From NCBI GenBank assembly GCA_016204045.1, contig JACQLQ010000001.1, positions 106,766-170,765 of the forward strand: a DNA stretch of 64,000 nucleotides. The letters are read 5' to 3'. The first letter of the stretch is position 1. Each line of letters opens with the position of its first letter. Positions 26,841-36,852 of this stretch are shown in pieces. Origin of the DNA: Parcubacteria group bacterium (GTDB lineage Bacteria > Patescibacteriota > Minisyncoccia > Phycocordibacterales > UBA2135). Under the pieces are notes generated by a model. That model did not search any database. It was not told the DNA's origin and saw only the letters and a program-made list of their open reading frames with translations. A program made the translations under genes and the position numbers.

Positions 26841-27674
26841 ATGTCCCACACCATCATCCACTTCGCTAAAGGATTCCTACTCGCCCTCATTTTGGTCGTC
26901 GGTATCTCCTACGTCCATGCCGCATGGTCAGAGCCGACAGCGACACCCCCCAACAACAACACCGCTCCTCCCATTAACGAAGGTGCTGTGGACCAAGTGA
27001 AGGACGCGGGTCTCTCGGTAGACGCACTCACCGTCTTCGGTGACTCCTATATCACAGGAAAGGTTGGTGTCGGTGTTGTGCCCTCTGGCTCAACACAGAA
27101 GATCGAAGCTGCTGGGTATGTGAAGGGGACAGGCCTTTGTATTGGTAGCGATTGTCGAACCTCATGGCCATCAAGCGGCATTGGCTCTGAAACAGATCCA
27201 ACCGTAACCTCAAGCGTGAAGGATGGTGTCTCATGGAGCGAAATCCAGAGCATGCCCGGTGGTTTCTCTGATAACGTCGACAACACAGGTGTGACTTCAG
27301 AGTCCGATCCGACCGTCACCGCATCAGTGAAAGACGGCGTCAGTTGGGGTGAGATCTCAGGACGCCCTTCTGGACTTGATGACGGTGACCAGATTGGTCT
27401 CACGTCTGAATCTGACCCCACCGTTCCGGGGAACATCAAGGATGGTATAAGTTGGTCAGAGATTAGCAGTCGTCCCTCGGGCCTTGATGATGGTGATCAA
27501 GTCGGGCTTACGAGAGTTTCGCCAAGTGATGTGGACTTTCGGATCGCAAAATGTACTGATACCAAAAACAACTGCACTCCCTCTTGTCCCGGGGGATATA
27601 CTAAAGTCTCCAATGATATGGGGATCTCTGGGTACACACAATGGTCTCGCATTGCAATTTGCATGAGGAACTAA
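26841..27674 (+). CDS. secreted protein with three tandem ~47-aa repeats (SE(T/S)DPTVT.SVKDGVSW.EI)
   Basis: N-terminal hydrophobic anchor or signal, tandem DNA repeats at ~27181-27480, and a Cys-containing C-terminal module. Confidence 0.5.
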   Translation: MSHTIIHFAKGFLLALILVVGISYVHAAWSEPTATPPNNNTAPPINEGAVDQVKDAGLSVDALTVFGDSYITGKVGVGVVPSGSTQKIEAAGYVKGTGLCIGSDCRTSWPSSGIGSETDPTVTSSVKDGVSWSEIQSMPGGFSDNVDNTGVTSESDPTVTASVKDGVSWGEISGRPSGLDDGDQIGLTSESDPTVPGNIKDGISWSEISSRPSGLDDGDQVGLTRVSPSDVDFRIAKCTDTKNNCTPSCPGGYTKVSNDMGISGYTQWSRIAICMRN

Positions 27675-27869
27675 AATCCTGGTTCAAAGGATTGCAGATT
27701 TAATAAATAGGAAAGTACGAAAAACACACTGGAAACAGCGTGTTTTTCGTCTTTTGAAAGAAATACCTTGATTTTCCATAGAAAGTATGCTATAATTGAC
27801 TTAGAAACTGCGGCGTGGTGTTGCGTGCTGGTGCATGCAAACTAGAACCGCAATGAATGAAGGAGCACG

Positions 27870-28589
27870 TTGATGAGAATCGTTCTATCGCTTTTCGCTG
27901 CGGCGCTTCTCGCCGCATGCGCAGGAAGTATCGATATCCCCCCGCCGCGAGGAAATATCGTTCCCATGACCTTCGAGCGTAACGAGCTCGACGGCAAGCT
28001 CCACAAAGTCGGCGAGGAAGAGTCCATCCAAGCAGGCGTTGTGGTGCCGCTTTTCGAGTTCGACAATCTCCCCGGTGAGTGGGGCGAGTCCTGCATGGTA
28101 GGCGCGAGACGGGTGGCCAAGCAGACGGACTGGTACAACATAGGTGAGATCTGTGCCCCCGACTTCCACGGTGTCTACCGTCTCGGGGGCGGCAAAAACA
28201 AGGATGTTTGGATTACCGTGCGTCCGCTTGTCGCTACGGGGCAGGTCCCTGCTGCAACAGTCAAAAGCTTCGCGCTCGACTTTGTCAGCAAAGCATTTGC
28301 CGACCTCAACGGCCGCCAAGGCCCAGTCACAGTGTTGGTCGCGCCTTCGGTGCAGGAGCTTCCAATTGCTGGCCACATCGCTTACTGTGCTACGGTTGAC
28401 GCGGTGTGGGAGGCAACATCGCGCGACGGCCAATTCGTTCGTCGCTTCTATGACTGGTGTCACGTTTTTGTCGGTAAAAACGCGATCCTCGCCTTCACGT
28501 TTGAGTATCGCGCGACCGACGGGGATGTCCCGCTCGACTTCAAGGCGTACATTGAAGCGACGATTCGCGATCTCCGCTTTTTCGACTGA
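27870..28589 (+). CDS. lipoprotein of unknown function on a high-GC island
   Basis: Lipobox LLAAC|AG after the signal peptide. Local GC is about 58-60%. A native-looking AT-rich promoter lies upstream and a strong terminator downstream. Confidence 0.5.
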   Translation: MMRIVLSLFAAALLAACAGSIDIPPPRGNIVPMTFERNELDGKLHKVGEEESIQAGVVVPLFEFDNLPGEWGESCMVGARRVAKQTDWYNIGEICAPDFHGVYRLGGGKNKDVWITVRPLVATGQVPAATVKSFALDFVSKAFADLNGRQGPVTVLVAPSVQELPIAGHIAYCATVDAVWEATSRDGQFVRRFYDWCHVFVGKNAILAFTFEYRATDGDVPLDFKAYIEATIRDLRFFD

Positions 28590-28717
28590 AAGCTAACACG
28601 TTACAACAAAAGATGAATGACTGTGTCCGCCGGCCCAACTCGGGATCGGCGGACTTTTTTATCCAATTATCCACACACCACGTTCTCCCCATTCCTTATT
28701 TCCTGTAGTATGGAGGT

Positions 28718-30115
28718 ATGCATTACATGGGGCATGTTGCTGTTTGGGGTTTTGTGCTCACTCTTTTTTTCTTTGCACCCACCTCTCCAGAAGAGCGTTT
28801 AGAGGTTTTCTCTTTTGAAAATCAAAGTAGTTTTAACGTTTTTGCCGCTCTTGGGGATGTGGATGAGCAATTAGATGAGTTAGGAGCGCCGCCTGACCCG
28901 GAGGGACCACCACTTTTAGATGAGCCAGTCATCATAGTCACTAACGAAGACGGTGGATGCCAAGGTTTCTTTGATTGTTTAGGAGATTTTCTTGATGATA
29001 TAGGTGATGCAATATCTGGCCTTTTTGGCGGCGGAGGCGATACTGGTGGAGGTGGTGATGAAGGAAGGGGGTTTGGCGAGGGAGGAGGTACGGGAGCTGC
29101 TCCAACGAGCCCCCAGGGTGTTGCATGGAATGCGCCACAAGTGGGGCGAGGCACAGATGGGTGTCCTTTGGAGGATTGCCACCTTGTTTCGCGGTCATTC
29201 GTCACAGAAACTGGTGATCGCGCGGTTGTGTACTCTGGCTATAATACTAAGGGCGATCTTGTTTATATTACACCCGTTGAGCCCCCCGAAGCGGGGGAGG
29301 CCCCAGGAGGTGACGAACCCTCGTGTATATTCTTTGGTCTCATATGCCCAGATACCGGTACTGAAACTACTACCACGACTACTACCACCACAGATGATGA
29401 CGATGATGATACTAACACCACCACAAATGGCAACGGGACTAACAACACCGTAGACACCGATGGTGATGGAATTAACGACGCTATAGACACCGACGACGAT
29501 GGTGATGGAATTAACGATACTGTAGACACTGACGACGATGGTGACGGGATTGACGACGCCGTGGACACCAATGGTAGGGCCACAAGCGGAACACCCGGAG
29601 GAGGCACTAGTGGCAGTAGCGGTGGATGCAACCCTCTAACACAGGACTGTGACGGTGGTAATACCACGAACGTGAGTGGATGCGACCCAGCAACAGCAGA
29701 TTGTGATGGCGGAATTGCTGGTGGGACATCGTGTGTCTCAAACTACAATGGGAACTGCACAGGGACACCAAATGCATGTGGAATGTCTTATTCTGGACGA
29801 ATCACCTGCACGGGTTCTTGCAACGCGCCAATGCGTCCCAATACCGACTGCCCAAGGCCGACTATCTCATTAAGTGCATCTCCGGATTTTGTCGAGCGAG
29901 GGAATGCGTGCACACTTACGTGGAGTGCGCAAAACGCAACCGAATGTGTAATCACTGGTTTTGGTGTCAATCACACAGGCGGACCCTCTGGTTCCACCCT
30001 GACCCCAGGCCTTGATCGTCAAGAAACGTATACCGCCCGTTGTTTCAATGGCCCCGATGTCTCTGGAACTGCCCAAACCACCTGCCGGCTCAATCCTGAA
30101 TTTGAAGAGATCTAA
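28718..30115 (+). CDS. secreted protein with thrombospondin type-3-like Ca-binding repeats, Thr/Asp-rich linker, Cys-rich domain and PEFEEI tail
   Basis: DTDGDGINDAIDTDDDGDGINDTVDTDDDGDGIDDAVD matches the DxDxDGxxDxxD repeat. A poly-Thr/poly-Asp run and an Ig-like TLTWSAQNATEC...TYTARC domain are present. The C-terminus is NPEFEEI-stop. Confidence 0.55.
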   Translation: MHYMGHVAVWGFVLTLFFFAPTSPEERLEVFSFENQSSFNVFAALGDVDEQLDELGAPPDPEGPPLLDEPVIIVTNEDGGCQGFFDCLGDFLDDIGDAISGLFGGGGDTGGGGDEGRGFGEGGGTGAAPTSPQGVAWNAPQVGRGTDGCPLEDCHLVSRSFVTETGDRAVVYSGYNTKGDLVYITPVEPPEAGEAPGGDEPSCIFFGLICPDTGTETTTTTTTTTDDDDDDTNTTTNGNGTNNTVDTDGDGINDAIDTDDDGDGINDTVDTDDDGDGIDDAVDTNGRATSGTPGGGTSGSSGGCNPLTQDCDGGNTTNVSGCDPATADCDGGIAGGTSCVSNYNGNCTGTPNACGMSYSGRITCTGSCNAPMRPNTDCPRPTISLSASPDFVERGNACTLTWSAQNATECVITGFGVNHTGGPSGSTLTPGLDRQETYTARCFNGPDVSGTAQTTCRLNPEFEEI

Positions 30116-30189
30116 ATCCAACTAAAACAGAAAGGCGCCTTCTCCACAGCTTGAAAGGGAGAAAGGCGCTTTTTTGCTATACTTAAAGC

Positions 30190-31938
30190 ATGCTAGTGAG
30201 CCAAGACAAACTCAAGGAGTTTCTTGTTGATTCGGATCTTGTAAGCCGCAATGATGTGGAACGCGCCGCGAAAGAGGCAGAGGAAAAGCACACTCCTCTT
30301 GCAGAAATACTTGTACGCGGAGGAGTTCTTTCGGAAGACGAAATCCGGCGTGCGCAGGCGTATGTCATCGGTATCCCCTTCATATCTCTACAAGGGGAAA
30401 AGATTCCTTTTGAGATACTTTCGCTCATCCCGGAACCGATTGCGCGAAGCCACAACGTCATTGCGCTCAAGAAGAATGACAATGCTCTTGAGGTGGCGAT
30501 GCTCGATACCGACGACCTCGGAGCAATTGACTTTGTGAAGAAAAAGGTTGGCTTGAAGATACTTCCTCGCCTCACTGACAAAGAATCGATTAAATCAGCC
30601 CTCCTACAATACCAGAAGAGCCTGAAGGCCGAGTTTGGCGATATCATTAAAAAAGAGGCGGGCACTCTGGAAGAGATGGGGACATCCCCAGATGTTTCTG
30701 ATGCCGGGGAGTTGAAGAAACTTGCCGAAGATATCCCTATTGTCCGTATTGTAGACACCCTGACATACCACGCAATTCTCCAAGATGCCTCCGATATTCA
30801 TATTGAGCCCCAAGAAAAACTCGTACTCATTCGGTACCGCATTGATGGGATTCTGCACGATGCGATGGAGTTGCCGAAAAATGCTGCGTCCGGGATTATA
30901 GCCCGTATCAAAGTTCTCGCGGACCTAAAACTCGATGAGAAGCGTTTGCCACAGGACGGGAGATTTAGGATTGAGAAAGAGGGACAAAGAGTTTCGTTTC
31001 GTGTTTCGATACTTCCGACCTTTTACGGTGAGAAAGCCGTTATGCGGCTACTCAAGGAAGATATTAAGGGATTTACCCTCGAAGAACTGGGTTTTCATGG
31101 CGAGGGTCTCGAGCGTATTCACAAAGCGTTGCGCAAGACCACAGGTATGATTTTGGCAACGGGACCGACGGGGTCGGGCAAGACGACAACACTCTACACA
31201 GCTCTCGAAATTTTGAATACCCCGAAAGTCAACATCTCCACTATTGAGGACCCTATTGAATACCAACTACCACGCATCAACCAGACCCAGGTCAGACCGG
31301 AAATAGGGTTTATGTTTGCAAACGGACTGCGCTCGCTTGTCCGCCAAGACCCAGACATTATTATGGTCGGTGAGATCCGGGATAGAGAAACGGCGGGGCT
31401 CGCTATTAACGCCTCACTAACGGGGCACCTCGTATTATCGACACTGCACACTAATTCTGCCGCAGGGGCTATTCCCCGGCTCCTCGACATGCAGGTCGAG
31501 TCCTTCCTCCTCACCTCAACCGTCGATGTCATCATAGCGCAACGTCTTGTGCGTCAACTCTGCCCTGACAAAGAGAAATATTTTCTCACAAAAGAAGAAA
31601 TCAAGAATCTTGCAGAAAAAGCGGATCTAGACAAAGTCCTGTCAGTGCTCAAAGAAGAGCATGTTGTTCCAGCTGAAGCAGAGTGGGAGACAGTACCTTT
31701 TTATCGCCCCAAAGAAACAGCAGATTGTAAAGAGGGGTATCGGAGTCGCAAGGGCATACACGAGGTGTTGAAAGTGACCCCGTCTATTAAAGAGCTCATT
31801 ATGCGAGGAGCGAGTACAGATGAGATTGAAGCACAGGCACGAAAAGAGGGAATGCTCACCATGATCGAAGACGGGCTTTTTAAAGCGGCTGGGGGGATCA
31901 CTACCATAGAAGAGGTGTTGCGCGTTATTTCTGAGTAG
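30190..31938 (+). CDS. pilB: type IV pilus / type II secretion assembly ATPase (PilB/GspE family)
   Basis: Walker A LATGPTGSGKTTTLY, Asp box, Walker B VGEIRD and a His box LSTLHTN. Confidence 0.85.
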   Translation: MLVSQDKLKEFLVDSDLVSRNDVERAAKEAEEKHTPLAEILVRGGVLSEDEIRRAQAYVIGIPFISLQGEKIPFEILSLIPEPIARSHNVIALKKNDNALEVAMLDTDDLGAIDFVKKKVGLKILPRLTDKESIKSALLQYQKSLKAEFGDIIKKEAGTLEEMGTSPDVSDAGELKKLAEDIPIVRIVDTLTYHAILQDASDIHIEPQEKLVLIRYRIDGILHDAMELPKNAASGIIARIKVLADLKLDEKRLPQDGRFRIEKEGQRVSFRVSILPTFYGEKAVMRLLKEDIKGFTLEELGFHGEGLERIHKALRKTTGMILATGPTGSGKTTTLYTALEILNTPKVNISTIEDPIEYQLPRINQTQVRPEIGFMFANGLRSLVRQDPDIIMVGEIRDRETAGLAINASLTGHLVLSTLHTNSAAGAIPRLLDMQVESFLLTSTVDVIIAQRLVRQLCPDKEKYFLTKEEIKNLAEKADLDKVLSVLKEEHVVPAEAEWETVPFYRPKETADCKEGYRSRKGIHEVLKVTPSIKELIMRGASTDEIEAQARKEGMLTMIEDGLFKAAGGITTIEEVLRVISE

Positions 31939-31942
31939 TACT

Positions 31943-33157
31943 ATGCGTTTTACATACAAGGCACAAACCAGAGAGGGCGAAATCACGCAGGGCGAAGCTG
32001 AAGCCGCTGATCGTTTTGCATTGGCTCGCTCACTACATGAGGGCGGGAAAACGGTAATCACCGTGGAGCCACTTCACGATGATGAGGAAAACCTTTTTAC
32101 GCGCATAGAGAGCTTCTTGGGAAGCATTCATCTTCGCGACAAGATACTCTTTGCGCGCAATCTCTCGTCGATGATTGAGGCGGGGCTACCACTTTCGCGT
32201 GCACTTAGTATCTTAAAGCGTCAAACACGGAACGAAACACTGAGGAATGTTACAAGTTCTCTTGAAGGAGATATCGCGAAGGGCTCCTCTTTCCATGGAG
32301 CTCTCCGCGCATTTCCTGATGTTTTTTCACCACTCTTCGTCGCTATGGTGAAGGCGGGCGAGGAGAGTGGTAAGTTGTCGCCCTCGCTTGCAATCGTCGG
32401 TGAGCACCTTGAGCGTGTCTATATCTTACAAAGACGTATTCGCGGCGCGCTTGTGTATCCGGCTATCATTGTTATCGCGATGGTTATTGTCGGTGTTTTG
32501 ATGCTTACGTATGTAGTGCCCTCGCTAGCAGCGACATTCAAAGATTTGAACGTTGATCTGCCCGCGAGTACGCAATTCATCATCATAGTGAGTGATTTTT
32601 TTTCAGAAATGCCCCTCCTTTCATTCACACTTCTCTTTATTGTAGGGCTCGCAATATTCTTTGCGCTCCGATCACGTGTGGGGCGTGCAAAATTGGCCGA
32701 ATTCTCCATGAGAATCCCAGTTATTGGGGAAATCATTAAAAACATAAACTCTGCCCGTACTGCCAGGACACTCTCTTCGCTACTTGCTTCCGGGGTCAAT
32801 ATGGTTGAGGCCATCACGATTACAGAAGAGGTGCTCCAAAATCGAGAATATAAAGAGGTAATGCGCGAAGCAAAAGAGCGCATCCAAAAAGGCGAGACGC
32901 TTTCAAAAGTATTCATTGAACACGAAGATGTGTACCCGGTCCTCATTGCGGAGATGACTGCCGTCGGGGAGGAGACAGGCGCTCTTTCAGGGATGCTCCT
33001 TAAGGCCGCGACGTTTTATGAAGACGAAGTTGAGCAGGCGACAAAAAATCTTTCGACAATCATTGAGCCAGTTTTGATGGTCGTCATCGGAGTCGCTGTC
33101 GGCTTCTTTGCTTTTTCCATGATAACTCCTCTCTATTCAGTCTTAGGCGGTATCTAA
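31943..33157 (+). CDS. pilC: type IV pilus assembly platform protein (PilC/GspF family)
   Basis: Two GspF repeats and three transmembrane helices. Immediately downstream of pilB. Confidence 0.8.
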   Translation: MRFTYKAQTREGEITQGEAEAADRFALARSLHEGGKTVITVEPLHDDEENLFTRIESFLGSIHLRDKILFARNLSSMIEAGLPLSRALSILKRQTRNETLRNVTSSLEGDIAKGSSFHGALRAFPDVFSPLFVAMVKAGEESGKLSPSLAIVGEHLERVYILQRRIRGALVYPAIIVIAMVIVGVLMLTYVVPSLAATFKDLNVDLPASTQFIIIVSDFFSEMPLLSFTLLFIVGLAIFFALRSRVGRAKLAEFSMRIPVIGEIIKNINSARTARTLSSLLASGVNMVEAITITEEVLQNREYKEVMREAKERIQKGETLSKVFIEHEDVYPVLIAEMTAVGEETGALSGMLLKAATFYEDEVEQATKNLSTIIEPVLMVVIGVAVGFFAFSMITPLYSVLGGI

Positions 33158-33162
33158 ATACC

Positions 33163-33615
33163 ATGAGAGGAATTACCTTACTCGAAATACTTGTTGCTCT
33201 AAGCATCTTCGGGCTGCTCGGCACATTTGGTGTCACGACGCTATCAGGATTTAAGAAAGCAATTGATCTCAGTGGAGCAGCAGATACAACAATTGCGATG
33301 CTTGAAGATGCGCGATCTCGCACCCGGTTTTCGAACGATCGTTCGCAATACGGTATTCACTTTGCGACAAACAGAGTGACACTCTTTCGCGGCGTGTCGT
33401 ATGTGGAGGGGGCTCCAGAGAATGAGAGTACAACCCTACCGCAAACGGTTGAGATTTCTACCGTAACACTAACCGGAGGGGGTTCAGACGTTCTATTTGA
33501 AGTATTAACCGGAGAGGCAAATAAGACAGGTACCGTTATCATACGACTCAAAAGTGACGTTTCAAAAACACGCATCGTCGAGATACAACAATCCGGAGTT
33601 GCTGGAATACAATGA
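33163..33615 (+). CDS. prepilin-type N-terminal cleavage/methylation domain protein (pilin or pseudopilin)
   Basis: MRGITLLEILVALSIFGLLG fits the class III signal (G|xTLxE + hydrophobic helix). Confidence 0.75.
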   Translation: MRGITLLEILVALSIFGLLGTFGVTTLSGFKKAIDLSGAADTTIAMLEDARSRTRFSNDRSQYGIHFATNRVTLFRGVSYVEGAPENESTTLPQTVEISTVTLTGGGSDVLFEVLTGEANKTGTVIIRLKSDVSKTRIVEIQQSGVAGIQ

Positions 33616-33645
33616 ATTACTGGCGCATAGGAGCCACAACCGAAC

Positions 33646-34176
33646 ATGTTCGTTCAACATTTACTAAAAACCATACGCTATAGACCAAAGACTAAACAAG
33701 GGTTTGGTCTGTTGGAGATTGTCATTTCATCGGCCATCATCTCAGCTTCGCTCATCGCGCTCGTTACAGCAACCCAACTTTCGTACAGGGCAGTGGAAGA
33801 GGTTTTGCAAAGGACGCAAGCGGAGTTCCTCGCAGAAGAAGGCTTTGAAGCGGTGCGGGTATTGCGCGGGGCAGGATGGTCCCTTGTTATTACCCCGCTT
33901 ATTAACGGAACGGTTTATTATCCAACGTTTGCTACCTCAACATCGGCCTGGTCACTCTCACTCTCTAATCCGGGCTTAATAAACAATCTTTTTACTCGCA
34001 CTGTTGTTTTTGCGGCCGTGTGTCGGAAAAACGCTGATGATGACATTGTCGCTTGCAACGCTCCCGACCCACACTATACAGACACTGGCACACGAGAGGT
34101 GTTGTCCCGTGTGACATGGGGGGTGAATGAGGAGGTTGAATTCCAGGGCTACATTACAGATTTGTTTGATAACTAG
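33646..34176 (+). CDS. prepilin-type minor pilin
   Basis: KQGFGLLEIVISSAIISASLIALV prepilin motif. Confidence 0.7.
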   Translation: MFVQHLLKTIRYRPKTKQGFGLLEIVISSAIISASLIALVTATQLSYRAVEEVLQRTQAEFLAEEGFEAVRVLRGAGWSLVITPLINGTVYYPTFATSTSAWSLSLSNPGLINNLFTRTVVFAAVCRKNADDDIVACNAPDPHYTDTGTREVLSRVTWGVNEEVEFQGYITDLFDN

Positions 34177-34207
34177 TCTTCTAGGTATTGTTTTGGCGTG
34201 CATATCT

Positions 34208-34738
34208 ATGCAAAAAAAAAGGCACAATCAAAGACACGAAGGAGTTTCCCTTATTGAGGCGGTAGTTTACGTCGCTATTTTTGCAATGGTGTTTGCAATC
34301 GTCGTAAACACCGCGGTGGTGCTTGCTGACTTGCACGGCAAAACGAGGGCAAAAAAAGAGATCTTAACCGAGACGCGTCTTGGGGTTGAGCGCATGTTGC
34401 AAGAAATTCGTTTTGCCCAAAGCATTGATGTCGCTGGGAGTTCGTTCGGAGTTAACCCGGGGACATTGAAGCTAAACACAACAGTTGCTTCTGACGATGA
34501 TACGCCGATTACCCGGGCATTCTTTGTCCAAAACGGCGCCCTTATAATGAGGGAGGGGGTCTCAAATGATATTGCACTTACATCTGGTATTACGTTTTCT
34601 CGTCTTGTTTTTTACAATATTACGCAGGCGTCTACTTCGGAAGCCGTCCGCCTTGAGGTTACGGGAGAAAGAGGGATCGGGGTGCGTAGGGCCGAGCGTA
34701 AGTTTGAAAGCACAGCGGTACTTCGAAGGAGTTATTAA
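34208..34738 (+). CDS. prepilin-type minor pilin
   Basis: HEGVSLIEAVVYVAIFAMVFAIVV at the internal Met (MQKKR). The longer upstream ORF extension overlaps the previous gene. Confidence 0.65.
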   Translation: MQKKRHNQRHEGVSLIEAVVYVAIFAMVFAIVVNTAVVLADLHGKTRAKKEILTETRLGVERMLQEIRFAQSIDVAGSSFGVNPGTLKLNTTVASDDDTPITRAFFVQNGALIMREGVSNDIALTSGITFSRLVFYNITQASTSEAVRLEVTGERGIGVRRAERKFESTAVLRRSY

Positions 34739-34747
34739 TGACAAAAC

Positions 34748-36046
34748 ATGCTCGCGTATACGCAATCCAAAGATTTACATAGGGGGCAAGCGGCACTTAT
34801 CGGTGTGTTCCTTTTTGTCGGCGTTACGTTCTCAATCGCTTTTGGAGCCTCAACCATTGCTCTTAAAGAGACCGAATTAGTTCGCGACAATGCTCTCGCT
34901 AAGCAGGGATATTATGTGTCAGAGTCTGCGCAAGAAGATGTCGTGTATCGCCTACGCACAGGCATGGATGTCAGTAGTCAGGAAGTGCTCAACGTCGGTG
35001 ACTTCTATGCCACAAGCACAGTGGTTGATGATGATGGTACCAAGACGACGACAACAAGTGCCTATGTTGGGGAAAACTTACGAAAGACAGAAACAATAGT
35101 TTCTATAGCTGATGGGGTCACGTTTAATTACGGTGTTCATATTGGGCTTGGAGGGCTCCTTCTCGAGAACTCCTCGTCTATAGCCGGAAATGCACTCTCG
35201 AATGGCCCGGTGACAGGTAGTGGCAACCTCATCAAAGGGGATGTGATTTCAACTGGTGCAGTCGGATTAGTTGATGATATCCACGCAACATCAACAGTCT
35301 ATGCAAACACGATTCGCGACTCGTACATTGAAAAGGATGCATATTATCAAACTAAACAAAACACCACGGTGCTCGGCACAAGCTACCCAGGAAGCCCCAA
35401 CCAATCAGCGGTTCCTCTCCCCATCTCGGATGTGCTTATCACAGAATGGGAGGCGGCCGCGGCTGCGGGTGGTACCCTCACGTGTAACGAGGGTGACGAG
35501 CATGAAATTAAAACAGATACCACACTCGGTCCTGCCAAAATCCCCTGTGATCTAGAAATTACGGGATCTCCAACAGTCACCTTGAACGGCCCCATTTGGG
35601 TAACTGGTAACATTGAAATAGCCAACTCATCCCGCCTTATCACCAACGTGTCCCTTGGGACCGATGACGTCGTCGTAATTGCAGACAATCCTTCTAACCA
35701 ATTATCTTCAAGCAAGATTGACATCAAAAACTCTGCTTCTTTCGAAAGTGGCACAACCGGCTCCTACATCCTCCTTCTTTCACAAAACAAAAGCACTGAA
35801 CAAGGGGGTGGCGAGACAGCGATTGAATTTCAAAATACCGCTACCGGATTGAACTCGTTGCTCCTCTATGCTGGTCATGGCGCCATTCTCATTCACAACT
35901 CGGCGAAACTTCGAGAAGTCTCCGCATACAAATTGCATTTAAAGAATACCTCTCAGGTAGAATACGAATCAGGCGTCGCGAACTCTATCTTTGAAAGCGG
36001 CCCTGGCGGCTCGTATGATATTATTGATTGGAAAGAAATAGAGTAA
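34748..36046 (+). CDS. large pilus-associated protein (PilX/tip-adhesin-like), N-terminally anchored
   Basis: N-terminal hydrophobic segment (GQAALIGVFLFVGVTFSIAFG) resembling a pseudopilin anchor, then a ~400-aa Thr/Ser/Gly-rich beta-type domain. Last gene of the pilus operon. Confidence 0.5.
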   Translation: MLAYTQSKDLHRGQAALIGVFLFVGVTFSIAFGASTIALKETELVRDNALAKQGYYVSESAQEDVVYRLRTGMDVSSQEVLNVGDFYATSTVVDDDGTKTTTTSAYVGENLRKTETIVSIADGVTFNYGVHIGLGGLLLENSSSIAGNALSNGPVTGSGNLIKGDVISTGAVGLVDDIHATSTVYANTIRDSYIEKDAYYQTKQNTTVLGTSYPGSPNQSAVPLPISDVLITEWEAAAAAGGTLTCNEGDEHEIKTDTTLGPAKIPCDLEITGSPTVTLNGPIWVTGNIEIANSSRLITNVSLGTDDVVVIADNPSNQLSSSKIDIKNSASFESGTTGSYILLLSQNKSTEQGGGETAIEFQNTATGLNSLLLYAGHGAILIHNSAKLREVSAYKLHLKNTSQVEYESGVANSIFESGPGGSYDIIDWKEIE

Positions 36047-36061
36047 GTACTATCTGGTTGC

Positions 36062-36844
36062 ATGGCCCAAAACAAGGTAATTGTTGCTAACTGGAAAATG
36101 AATCCCGCTTCAGTAGGAGAAGCGGTGAAGCTTTTTGCTGCAATACAGAGGACAGCAAAGGATTTAAGAAGGACACAGGCAATCGTATGCTCGCCATCCA
36201 TATTTTTACAGGCGCTTTCTAAACGTCTTAAAACAGCGAAATGTGTGCTTGGTGCACAAAATGTTTTTTGGGAACCCGATGGTGCCTTCACTGGAGAGAC
36301 CTCACTCCCACAACTCGAGCGATTCGATGTCGGATTTGTTATTGTCGGGCATTCGGAGCGTCGATCCCTCGGAGAGACCGATGATGTGGTGGCAAAAAAG
36401 GTTAGGGCATGCCTCGTGCGTAACTTCACTCCAATCCTATGCATTGGTGAACGCGTGCGAGACGTAGACGGAGACTATCTTTCTTTTGTTAGAGGAGAAT
36501 TGGTGAAATCTCTCGAAGGCATTTCGGCAGAAAGACTTTCGAGAATAGTGATTGCGTATGAACCCGTTTGGGCTGTTGGCCCAGAGGCAAAGGCAGCCGA
36601 TACACCCCATGCATTTTTTGAGATGTCAGTCTTTATCCGCAAGACACTCGTCGATATGTTTGGAAGGAAACACAAGACAATGATTATGGGGATCCCCATT
36701 CTCTACGGGGGTTCTGTTGATGAAGATAATGCAGAAGGGTTTCTGAAGGAAGGAAACGCAGCGGGACTCTTGGTGGGCAGGGCTAGTTTAGATGCAAAGC
36801 AATTCTCTCTAATTTTGAAAATAGCGGAACGTATACGTTCTTAA
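36062..36844 (+). CDS. tpiA: triosephosphate isomerase
   Basis: VANWKMN, IVGHSERR and AYEPVWAVG motifs. Confidence 0.85.
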   Translation: MAQNKVIVANWKMNPASVGEAVKLFAAIQRTAKDLRRTQAIVCSPSIFLQALSKRLKTAKCVLGAQNVFWEPDGAFTGETSLPQLERFDVGFVIVGHSERRSLGETDDVVAKKVRACLVRNFTPILCIGERVRDVDGDYLSFVRGELVKSLEGISAERLSRIVIAYEPVWAVGPEAKAADTPHAFFEMSVFIRKTLVDMFGRKHKTMIMGIPILYGGSVDEDNAEGFLKEGNAAGLLVGRASLDAKQFSLILKIAERIRS

Positions 36845-36852
36845 ATCAAACC

